From contig SBEH01000004.1 in assembly GCA_009668945.1 (NCBI GenBank), positions 83,830 to 107,829 of the forward strand: a stretch of 24,000 bases of DNA. The letters run 5' to 3'. Below, piece after piece: positions 9,446 through 17,204 of this stretch. The notes under the pieces are model-generated. The model was not told where the DNA came from. It saw only the letters and a list, made by a program, of their open reading frames with translations, and did not search any database. This stretch comes from Actinomycetota bacterium. Its GTDB lineage: Bacteria; Actinomycetota; Coriobacteriia; Anaerosomatales; Anaerosomataceae. Position numbers and translations under genes: made by a program. The first letter of the stretch is position 1. Every line of letters starts with the position of its first letter.

Positions 9446-9721
9446 CTACACGCGATGCATGAAGCGGAAGACGTCCTCCCGCTGGAGTGTGATCTGCATG
9501 CCGATGCGCTCGGCGACTTCGGCGAGCGCGGACTGGACTTCCTCGAAGGCGTGGGCGTCCTCGTCCACGGTCACGAGCATGGTCATCGAGAAGATGCCCG
9601 AGAGGATCGTCTGCCGGATGTCCTCGATGTTGACGCCATTCTCGGCGAGTGCGGTTGAGACTGCGGCGACGATTCCGACGCGATCTTGGCCGAGTACGGA
9701 CAGGACGGCTCTGGTCTTCAT
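9446..9721 (-). CDS. ACT domain-containing protein (UPF0237 family)
   Basis: [50 protein letters not shown]; paired with DUF711 gene downstream, a commonly conserved arrangement. Confidence 0.9.
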   Translation of the reverse strand: MKTRAVLSVLGQDRVGIVAAVSTALAENGVNIEDIRQTILSGIFSMTMLVTVDEDAHAFEEVQSALAEVAERIGMQITLQREDVFRFMHRV

Positions 9722-9735
9722 GGCTCCCCCGGTTC

Positions 9736-9762
9736 GGTAGAGGCTACGCGGTATACTCTACC
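9736..9762 (+). promoter_or_regulatory. Inverted repeat overlapping putative -10 element in divergent intergenic region
   Basis: GGTAGAG (9736-9742) ... CTCTACC (9756-9762) encloses/overlaps GGTATACT (9750-9757). Confidence 0.4.
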
Positions 9763-9794
9763 CGCCTTCACAGTCCCTGTCCGAGGAAGTCGTC

Positions 9795-10034
9795 GTGGCC
9801 GTTCCGATAACCCCCATCAAGATGGGCGACGTGGTGCGCCTCAAGAAGCCGCATCCGTGCGGCGCGAACGAGTGGGAGGTCACCAAGCTCGGGATGGATA
9901 TCGGCCTCAGGTGCGTGGGATGCGACCGGAAAGTGAGGCTCGAGCGCTACGAATTCGACCGCCGGTTCCGCGGCTTCATCCGGCGTGCGCTCGAGAGCGG
10001 CGAGGGAACCGGAGAGTCCGCCGAGACCGGCTAG
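9795..10034 (+). CDS. DUF951 domain-containing protein
   Basis: MAVPITPIKMGDVVRLKKPHPCGANEWEVTKLGMDIGLRCVGCDRKVRLERYEFDRRFRGFI. Confidence 0.9.
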   Translation: MAVPITPIKMGDVVRLKKPHPCGANEWEVTKLGMDIGLRCVGCDRKVRLERYEFDRRFRGFIRRALESGEGTGESAETG

Positions 10035-10915
10035 GACTCGCCCGGCGCTGGCACTTCGGCTGCCGGCGGGTACTCGTTGATCTGGAAATGCACGTGATCC
10101 CCGCCGTTGGTGGTGTAGCCGGCGAGCTGGATCGCGATCTTGTCGGACATCTTGCGCACTGCGCCGAGTTGCGTGACGCCCGCCTTCACACGGTCGCCGA
10201 CCTCGGCGCGCACCTCCTGCACGTGGATGAGCACCGCCTCCACCTCGGGCCGACCCTGCGGGCGGATGTGTATCTCGTAGTCCTCCCACTTGTCGTACAG
10301 CAGATAGGGCTTCACTGCGATGACGGTACCGGTGATCGGGGAGTACACCGGCGTGCCCGGGTCCGCGCCCATATCGGCCGCTGAGTCCGGCATGCCGCCG
10401 CGTCCGCTGCGCCATAGGCGCAGCACGAGTCCGGGCCATACGCCCTCGGCGACAGGGGCAGTGGGATCGAGGGGAGGCACCGCCTTGAGCTGCGCCGCAA
10501 GCGCCATGTCGGCATCGGGCACGAGCGAGGTCATGTGGAGCGCGTACTCGCCCGAGGCCTGGTGGAACGCCACCGCGGTCACCTGCGAGGGGTCGATCGC
10601 GAGGCGGATGTCGGTGCCGCCCTCCCGGGCCAGAAGCGGCGTCGGCTCGCGCTCCGGCGCTGACTCCTTCTCCTCGGCGGCGATCGCCTGGATCGTGTGC
10701 GCCTGCTCGCTCTGTGTCGCCGGCTTGCCGCCCTCCCACGCGAGCGACCACCCGATCGCGGCCAGTCCGACGACGGCGACCGCAACGGTCATCGTGGGGT
10801 ACGGCGAGCGCTGTTTGACCGGGCGTCGCGCGCGCACGCTAAGGCCAGTGTCCATCACCGGGCCCAGGTCCGAGCGGATCGCGGGCGTGCGACGCTGCGG
10901 GGGTCGCCGGCTCAC
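10031..10915 (-). CDS. Membrane-anchored M23/LytM-like domain protein, possibly degenerate active site
   Basis: N-terminal TM (TVAVAVVGLAAIGWSLAWEG), then DMGADPGTPVYSPITGTVIAV...VLIHVQEVRAEVGDRVKAG...GGDHVHFQINEYP. Confidence 0.65.
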   Translation of the reverse strand: MSRRPPQRRTPAIRSDLGPVMDTGLSVRARRPVKQRSPYPTMTVAVAVVGLAAIGWSLAWEGGKPATQSEQAHTIQAIAAEEKESAPEREPTPLLAREGGTDIRLAIDPSQVTAVAFHQASGEYALHMTSLVPDADMALAAQLKAVPPLDPTAPVAEGVWPGLVLRLWRSGRGGMPDSAADMGADPGTPVYSPITGTVIAVKPYLLYDKWEDYEIHIRPQGRPEVEAVLIHVQEVRAEVGDRVKAGVTQLGAVRKMSDKIAIQLAGYTTNGGDHVHFQINEYPPAAEVPAPGES

Positions 10916-12117
10916 GGTGTCACCGTCGCGATGTCGCCGTTCAGCGTGACCACCGTGTCCCGCTTGGCCGAGATCGTCCTGAGCCTCTCGATGATCACTG
11001 CCGCTTCCTGTCCGGTAACGTATCCGGGTTTGCCGGCCGAGTTCAGGTACACGGGCGTCACTCGCACGTTGCTCACGCCTGAAGGTCCCATGTCTGCTTC
11101 CAGGATGAACGCCTCACCCGTCTTGCGCGAGTAGTGGTCGAACACGAAGTCGCCGAGCGAGTACGCGATCAGCTTGCCGTTGTAGTACTCCACGGCCTGA
11201 ATGACGTGCGGGTGGTGGGAGAGCACCATGTCGGCGCCGGCGTCGATCGACGTGCGGGCATCCTTCACCTGCTCCGCGTTGCAGTCATCGACGTTCTCGA
11301 CCCCCCAGTGGTACGAGACGATCACATAGTCGTAGGCGGCGTCGGCGGCCGCTATCGCGGCGGCGACCTCCTTCATGTTCATCCGGCCCTGGGCGATGCC
11401 GGGCCGCGTGTTGGTGGCCACGAAGCCGTTCGGCAGGATGTGAGAGAAGGAGAGGAACGCCACCGTGGTGCCGTTGATATCGCGCACGGCGGGGGTCCAC
11501 GCGGCCGCCTTGTTCGTCCCGGCGCCCGCGTGGCCGATGCCGGCTGCGTCCAGGCGCGCGATCGTGTCCGCGAGCGCTTCGGTGCCGCAGTCGAGCGAGT
11601 GGTTGTTCGCAAGCGCCAGGAAGTCGAACCCTGCGGCGGTGAGTCCTTCGATGCCACGCGGGTCGCCCTGGAACGTGTAGTCCTTGTCGGTGCGGTGCAC
11701 ACCGAGGGTGGTCATAGGGCTCTCGAGGTTGCCGATCGTGATGTCGGCCGCGGCAAGCTGTTTCGCGACGTCGGCGAGCGGCGCGGTTCCTCCCGACCTC
11801 GCGATGAGCGCCTTCACCTGCCGGTCGAACTGCATGTCGCCAACGGCTGCGACGGTGATCGTCGCCGGTCCCGAAGGAGCTGGCGGGAGCGTTGCGACGA
11901 GCGACAACGGCTCGATTGCGGCCGAGGAGTCGATGGTCGTGATGCGCGGCTCCTCGGGCTTGCCGATCTTGAGGTCCAATCGGGTGACCGCAAGCCAAGC
12001 CCCCCCGGCGAGGACTGCGATGAGTGCCGCCGAAACCGCGGTCGTCACTGCGCGACGCGTCCGACGACGCCGTGCGGCGGCGCCCGCTTCGGTTCTGCTT
12101 CTGGGGGTAGCGGGCAT
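10912..12117 (-). CDS. CapA family protein (poly-gamma-glutamate biosynthesis/metallophosphatase-like)
   Basis: TITVAAVGDMQFDR, ADITIGNLESPM, DFLALANNHSLDCG, VIVSYHWGVE, DMVLSHHPHVIQAVEYYNGKLIAYSLGDFVFD. ATG at 12117 preferred. Confidence 0.88.
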   Translation of the reverse strand: MPATPRSRTEAGAAARRRRTRRAVTTAVSAALIAVLAGGAWLAVTRLDLKIGKPEEPRITTIDSSAAIEPLSLVATLPPAPSGPATITVAAVGDMQFDRQVKALIARSGGTAPLADVAKQLAAADITIGNLESPMTTLGVHRTDKDYTFQGDPRGIEGLTAAGFDFLALANNHSLDCGTEALADTIARLDAAGIGHAGAGTNKAAAWTPAVRDINGTTVAFLSFSHILPNGFVATNTRPGIAQGRMNMKEVAAAIAAADAAYDYVIVSYHWGVENVDDCNAEQVKDARTSIDAGADMVLSHHPHVIQAVEYYNGKLIAYSLGDFVFDHYSRKTGEAFILEADMGPSGVSNVRVTPVYLNSAGKPGYVTGQEAAVIIERLRTISAKRDTVVTLNGDIATVTP

Positions 12118-12187
12118 GGCGTCGGTCCGCTCGCGCCCTGCCCTGAACGCGGGCAAGACTGGTGGTTCGGGAATGGCTCGTGCGTAC

Positions 12188-12219
12188 TATACTGTACGGA
12201 TGCACCGGCCGTCCCGTAC
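12188..12219 (+). promoter_or_regulatory. Putative promoter -10 (TATACT) followed by small hairpin upstream of V-ATPase operon
   Basis: TATACT 12188-12193; GTACGG (12194-12199)...CCGTAC (12214-12219). -35 not obvious. Confidence 0.35.
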
Positions 12220-12275
12220 GGCTGCTTGTCCGATGCCGGTGCCAGGAACCGCCGAACGGCAGCCGTTTCGCAAAG

Positions 12276-12593
12276 GTGGAGCGCTTGGAGAAGCTCGAGA
12301 GGATACTGCATGCCGAGGATGCGGCACGCGTCTCGGCTGAGGACGCACAGACCGCCGCAGCGGGGATGGTCGCCGACGCGCGCGTGAAAGCGGCGGAGCT
12401 GCTCAAGTCCGGGCGGCAGAAGCTGCGCTCCCAGGTTGCCGCCTTGCGCGAGAAGTCGCTCGCTCAGGCCCAAGCCGATGCGGAGCGGGTCTCTGCGGCG
12501 GCCGCGGACCACGCGCGTGATGTGCTCGCGGCCGCGGAGGCGCGCGAGGCCGACGCACTCGCCGCAGTGCTCCAGGTGCTGAGAGAGCCGTAA
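12276..12593 (+). CDS. V/A-type ATP synthase peripheral stalk subunit G/H-like protein
   Basis: Long Ala-rich helix VERLEKLERILHAEDAARVSAEDAQTAAAGMVADARVKAAELLKSGRQKLRSQVAALREKS; first gene of V-ATPase operon. GTG 12276 or TTG 12285 start. Confidence 0.75.
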   Translation: MERLEKLERILHAEDAARVSAEDAQTAAAGMVADARVKAAELLKSGRQKLRSQVAALREKSLAQAQADAERVSAAAADHARDVLAAAEAREADALAAVLQVLREP

Positions 12594-14780
12594 GTGTCCG
12601 TCGCGCGAATGCTCAAGGTCACCGTACTCGCCCACCAGTCGGCGATGGACGACCTCGTCCGCCGGATGCAGGACGCAGGCGTGCTCGACATAGAGAGCGC
12701 ACCGGCCGAGCTTCCGGCGATCGCGATAGCATCAGACGACACCCGGCTGCGTGTACTCGAGGAGTCGCTCGCGAACGCCACGTTCGTGCGCGACTTCCTG
12801 AAGCGATTCCACGTCTCCGAGCAGCCGTTCTCCGCGATGGTCGCCGAGAAGATCCACATGTCCGCCGAGGAATTCGCGTCGCTAGCGCCGGATGAGACGT
12901 CCGCCGAGCTCTACGTGAGGTGTGAGGACATCTCATCGAAGACCGCCACTCTCGAACGCGAGCGTGCGCGGGTGCTGCAGCTTGCGGCCGACCTCGCGCC
13001 GTGGGAGCCGGTCCGGCTGGAGATCACACGCTGGACCGGGACGGAGCATGTCGCGCTGTTCACGGGCATCGTGCCCGCGGCTGACGGTCCGGGTATCCGC
13101 CAGGCGCTGCGCGAAGCGACATCGCTGATGTCCGTCGACGAGGCGCAGTCCGTCGGCGGCAGGGTGGCCTGGGTCGTGATGGCGCATCGCTCGGTCCTGG
13201 AAGACGTGCGCGCCACGCTCGCGCTCACGAGCTTCCAGGAAGTGTCGTTCCCGGCACTCTCCGGATACGCTGCCGAGGAGCGCGCGTGCGCGCTAGCCCG
13301 CGCGGACGAGATCGACGGTGAGGTGGAAGCGCTCGATGCCGAGGCGCGGGAGCTTTCGGCGAAGCACTACCACCGGTCGGTGGCCCTGGTGGAGGTCATC
13401 GCGTCGCAACTCGACTCGCTCACCGTGCGTGAGAGCTTCGGCGCGACCGAGCGAACGTTCGCGATCGGCGGGTGGGTGAAGGCCGCAGACCGCGAGCCGC
13501 TGGAGAAGGCGCTGGAGCGATTCTCCGAGGTAGCGGACCTTACGCTGGAAGAACCCGCCGACGAAGACGCGCCTCCGGTGGTGCTGGACAACCCGCGCTT
13601 CCTCAAGCCGTTCGAGGTGCTCACTAACCTCTACGGTCTGCCCCGCTACGACGAATTCGACCCCACGCCCTTCCTGGCACCGTTCTTCTTCGCGTTCTTC
13701 GCGATCTGCATCGGAGACGTCGGCTACGGTCTCATGCTCATCGCGGGCGCCTGGTACATCAAGCACAAGATCGACGTAGCGCCGGGTGTGAAGCAGTTCA
13801 TGGACCTGCTGATGACCGGGGGCTTCGGCGCCATCATCGTTGGCGTGCTGTTCGGCTCGTACTTCGCGCTCGACTGGAACATGGTGAAGTCGGCCGTGCC
13901 GGTCCTCGACGTCTTCCAGGTGCTCGATCCGCTGAACGAGCTGCCGAAGTTCCTCGTGATCACCATCATCCTCGGCGTTACCCAGGTTCTTTTCGGCGTG
14001 CTCATCGCTGCTTACGACCTCGCACGTCGGGGCGATCGCGCGTCTGCGTTCTTCGACCAGATCTCAACGGTCCTGCTGTTCGTGGCCATCGGCGTCGCTG
14101 CGGCGGTGCCGTCGCTCACGATGCCCGCCATCGTGCTGGGCATCGGCGTCACGATGCTCTTCAAGGGTCGGGCGATCGAGGCGGCGTTTGCCGACGGCGA
14201 TCTTCCCGTGTGGGACAAGTCGCTCGGGATCGCGTGGTTCGGGCTGCTGCTGGGTGCGATGCTCGCGTGGGCGTTCGGCTGGGACGTGCCGCTTGGCCTG
14301 GCGCTGCTCGCGCTCACGGTGGCGGGGCTCGTCGTCTCGAAGGCCGTGCGCAAGATGGTCGTTGCGGTGCTTGGCGGCGCATACGCCGTCTACGGCATGT
14401 CGGCGTTCATCGGCGACATCCTCTCGTACACGCGCCTTGCGGCCCTCGGTCTGTCGGGCTCGCTCGTGGGCATGGTCTTCAACACACTTGCCGGACTGGT
14501 GATGGGCGGGGCCGGCGGACTGTTCGCCGAGGGCGGCTTTGGGATCCTGGGCGGCGTGATCGTCGTGGTACTGGCTGCGCTGGTGTTCGCGGTCGGCCAC
14601 GTGTTCAACGTGGTGATCAACCTCCTCGGCGCGTTCGTGCACCCGGCGCGTCTGCAGTTCGTGGAGTTCTTCAGCAAGTTCTACGAAGGCGGCGGCAGGG
14701 CCTTTGCGCCATTCGCTCGCCGCAAGAAGTCACTCGTGTTGCATGCCGGCGAGGTCCGGCAGGAAGGAGCGGGATCGTGA
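12594..14780 (+). CDS. V-type ATP synthase subunit I
   Basis: 728 aa; N-terminal cytoplasmic domain; FFFAFFAICIGDVGYGLMLIAGAW, LNPL-like region VLDPLNELPKFLVI, DILSYTRLAALGLSGSLVGMVFN. Confidence 0.94.
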   Translation: MSVARMLKVTVLAHQSAMDDLVRRMQDAGVLDIESAPAELPAIAIASDDTRLRVLEESLANATFVRDFLKRFHVSEQPFSAMVAEKIHMSAEEFASLAPDETSAELYVRCEDISSKTATLERERARVLQLAADLAPWEPVRLEITRWTGTEHVALFTGIVPAADGPGIRQALREATSLMSVDEAQSVGGRVAWVVMAHRSVLEDVRATLALTSFQEVSFPALSGYAAEERACALARADEIDGEVEALDAEARELSAKHYHRSVALVEVIASQLDSLTVRESFGATERTFAIGGWVKAADREPLEKALERFSEVADLTLEEPADEDAPPVVLDNPRFLKPFEVLTNLYGLPRYDEFDPTPFLAPFFFAFFAICIGDVGYGLMLIAGAWYIKHKIDVAPGVKQFMDLLMTGGFGAIIVGVLFGSYFALDWNMVKSAVPVLDVFQVLDPLNELPKFLVITIILGVTQVLFGVLIAAYDLARRGDRASAFFDQISTVLLFVAIGVAAAVPSLTMPAIVLGIGVTMLFKGRAIEAAFADGDLPVWDKSLGIAWFGLLLGAMLAWAFGWDVPLGLALLALTVAGLVVSKAVRKMVVAVLGGAYAVYGMSAFIGDILSYTRLAALGLSGSLVGMVFNTLAGLVMGGAGGLFAEGGFGILGGVIVVVLAALVFAVGHVFNVVINLLGAFVHPARLQFVEFFSKFYEGGGRAFAPFARRKKSLVLHAGEVRQEGAGS

Positions 14781-15280
14781 CCGAAACGTTTTGGGGTCTG
14801 GCTGGCGCCGATTGGGCGTTGCTCGGGGGTGGCATCGCGGCCATCCTCTCTGGCATCGGCTCGGCGATCGGCATCACCATCGCAAGCGCGGTGGTATCCG
14901 GGATCGTCACCGAAGACAGTGAGAAGTTCGGCAAGCTGCTGCCGATAGCGGCGATGCCGGGCACGCAGGGCATCTACGGGTTCATCTCCGCGGTGCTCGT
15001 ACTCATCTTCTTCGGCATCTTCGGCGGCAACGTCGATCTCGTCGGTGTAGGCGGCTTCAAGGTCTTCCTCGCCTGCATGCCAGTGGCGTGGCTGTGCTTC
15101 ATCTCGGCCATCTACCAGGGCAAGACGGGCGCTTCGGCGGCCGGCATCGTCGCACGTCGCAGCGAGGACTCGGGCAAGGCGCTCATCCTCCCCGCGCTCG
15201 TGGAGACCTACGCGGTACTCTCGCTGATCGTAACGATCCTCATGCTGTTGGGCCTGTCGCAGGCGTATCCGGTCGGCTAG
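14777..15280 (+). CDS. V-type ATP synthase subunit K (proteolipid, two hairpins)
   Basis: GIGSAIGITIASAVVSG..MPGTQGIYGF..AIYQGKTGASAAGIVARRSEDSGKALILPALVETYAVLSL; 168 aa, four TM helices; GTG start overlapping the subunit I stop (GTGA). Confidence 0.95.
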   Translation: MTETFWGLAGADWALLGGGIAAILSGIGSAIGITIASAVVSGIVTEDSEKFGKLLPIAAMPGTQGIYGFISAVLVLIFFGIFGGNVDLVGVGGFKVFLACMPVAWLCFISAIYQGKTGASAAGIVARRSEDSGKALILPALVETYAVLSLIVTILMLLGLSQAYPVG

Positions 15281-15289
15281 GGGCCACTC

Positions 15290-15871
15290 GTGGCGATCAC
15301 CGATCTGATCACACGAATAGAAGCCGACGCGACGGCGGAAGCGGCCGACATCACAGGCGCAGCGGAGGCGGAAGTCGCGCGGATCGTGGGGGCTGCCGAA
15401 TCGACGCTCGATGCCGAACGGAAGGCGACGCTCGCCGCGGCCGAGTACGACGCTGCCCGGGACGGCGCGACGCTGCTCGCCAACGCTCGGCTCGCGGCGC
15501 GTGACTCGCTCCTGGCGGGCAAGCGCGCGATGGCCGAGCGCGTTCTCGCGCGCGCCGAGGAGGCGCTCGGGGTGCTCCCCGACGCCGAGTACGCCGAGCT
15601 CATCGCGGCTGGCGTTGCGCGTGCAGCCGCCGGTGGCGAGACGCTCGCGGTAGCGGCTGCGGATACGAAACGGCTGGGCGGCCTTGCCGCGGCGCTCGAG
15701 AAGCGCGGCGTGAAAGTGGCAATCTCCGCCGAGCCGGCGCCGATCGCGCGCGGCGCGCTGCTCACCGGCGACCGCATGCGTGTCGAGGTCTCGCCAGCGG
15801 CGATGGTGGCCGACCGCCGCGACGAGCTGCTGCTGGTGGCGGCTCGGGAGCTCTTCGGCGGAGCGGACTAG
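15290..15871 (+). CDS. V-type ATP synthase subunit E
   Basis: Helical Ala/Glu-rich N-terminus, DAEYAELIAAG, LLTGDRMRVEVSPAAMVADRRDELLLVAARELFG; operon position K-E-C. Confidence 0.85.
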   Translation: MAITDLITRIEADATAEAADITGAAEAEVARIVGAAESTLDAERKATLAAAEYDAARDGATLLANARLAARDSLLAGKRAMAERVLARAEEALGVLPDAEYAELIAAGVARAAAGGETLAVAAADTKRLGGLAAALEKRGVKVAISAEPAPIARGALLTGDRMRVEVSPAAMVADRRDELLLVAARELFGGAD

Positions 15872-15879
15872 CGGCGGCA

Positions 15880-16875
15880 GTGGCGACGACGACGCGCATA
15901 CGCGACGACATCCGGTACGGCTACGCCGTCGGGCGCGTGCGCGTGCTCGAGGGGCGGCTGCTCTCGCGAGCGACGTTCGAGCGGCTGCTCGATGCGCCGG
16001 ACCTGCGGGAGCAGAAGCGCGTGCTGGCCGAAACGCATGTGGGGCGCTACCTTGAGGGCGCGGAGACCGCAGACGAGGTGGAGCGCGCGCTCGAAGCCTC
16101 GCTGACCGACCTCTACGACGAGTTCCTCGAGCAGGCCGATTTGCCGAAGCCGGTCGTCGCCTTCTTCCAGGCGCCGCATGACTACGCGAACCTGCGCGCG
16201 GCGCTCAAAGCCCGCGTGCTCGACGCGCCGACCTCCGGCCTGCTTTCATCGCTCGGCTCGGTCCCGCCGGAGGCGTATGCCGCAGACGGTGTGGCGTTGC
16301 CCGAGGAGATGCGCGATCTACTCACCGCGTACGACGGCGCCGAGGAGGCCCCTTCACTCGACGATCTCGAAGCGATGGTGGACCGCGCGTTGTTCGCGGC
16401 GCTGACCTCAGCGGCGAGCGCGAGCAAAGTGCGCTTCTTGCGCGAGCTGGCGACGCTCCGTATCGATCTCGCGAACGCCAGGCTGCTCGTGCGGTCGCGC
16501 ACTAAGGCCCTGCCTCCCGCCGAAGTGATCGGCCGCATGCTCCCGGGCGGCTCGCGCGCCCTCACGGAGCTCGCACCTGACGCGCCTCGAATGAGCGCCA
16601 GCGAGCTCGCCGAGGCACTGGTGCATTCGCGCTCACTCGGCGCGCTCACCGAGGCCGACTTCACCGACGTCGAGCGCTTCGACATCGCCGCGGACGGCGT
16701 GCTCGCCGCCCGGATGCGTGCCGCGCGCCAGGCGGCCGGTGGTGCCGAGCCGGTGCTCGCGTACGTGCTCGAGCGTGAGGCCGAGGTGCTGCTGCTGCGC
16801 ACGGCGCTCGTGGGACGGCTCGCCGGCCTCGACCGCGAGAGCGTGCGGACGCGGCTGAAGGAGCGGTTGTCGTGA
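15880..16875 (+). CDS. V-type ATP synthase subunit C (V-ATPase d / AtpC family)
   Basis: YGYAVGRVRVLEGRLLSRATFERLLDA, KPVVAFFQAPHDYANLRAALKARVL, VLEREAEVLLLRTALVGRLAGL. Confidence 0.9.
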   Translation: MATTTRIRDDIRYGYAVGRVRVLEGRLLSRATFERLLDAPDLREQKRVLAETHVGRYLEGAETADEVERALEASLTDLYDEFLEQADLPKPVVAFFQAPHDYANLRAALKARVLDAPTSGLLSSLGSVPPEAYAADGVALPEEMRDLLTAYDGAEEAPSLDDLEAMVDRALFAALTSAASASKVRFLRELATLRIDLANARLLVRSRTKALPPAEVIGRMLPGGSRALTELAPDAPRMSASELAEALVHSRSLGALTEADFTDVERFDIAADGVLAARMRAARQAAGGAEPVLAYVLEREAEVLLLRTALVGRLAGLDRESVRTRLKERLS

Positions 16876-17204
16876 GCGAGCGCCGGGTAGCGGTGGTCGG
16901 GGACGCGACGAGCGTGGCAGGCTTCCGGCCACTCGGCTTCGCGGTGTTCCCGGTCGAACGTCCCGCGGATGCGCGCGACCTCTGGCCTGAGGTCCTTCGC
17001 GGCGGATTCGGCGCGGTATTCGTGACCGAGCCCGTGTACGCCGAGACGGCCGACCTCATCGCGGTAATCGCGGACGTGCCCGTCCCCGCGGTAACGGTGA
17101 TCCCGGCCGCCGGCAGTGCCGGCGGCGTGGGCGCGGCGAAGCTCGACCGCGCCATCGAGCGTGCACTCGGCACGTCAGTGCCTCAAAGGGAAGAGGAAGA
17201 GTAG
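16872..17204 (+). CDS. V-type ATP synthase subunit F
   Basis: RRVAVVGDATSVAGFRPLGFAVFPVE...GFGAVFVTEPVYAETADLI...VTVIPAAGSAGGVGAAKLDRAIERALG; GTGA overlap with subunit C stop. Confidence 0.93.
   Translation: MSERRVAVVGDATSVAGFRPLGFAVFPVERPADARDLWPEVLRGGFGAVFVTEPVYAETADLIAVIADVPVPAVTVIPAAGSAGGVGAAKLDRAIERALGTSVPQREEEE

Noticed and set aside
9768-10751. 327-aa minus-strand ORF overlapping the M23-like gene
   Set aside because: Arg/Gly-rich frame-shifted shadow; spans the DUF951 gene and lacks motifs.
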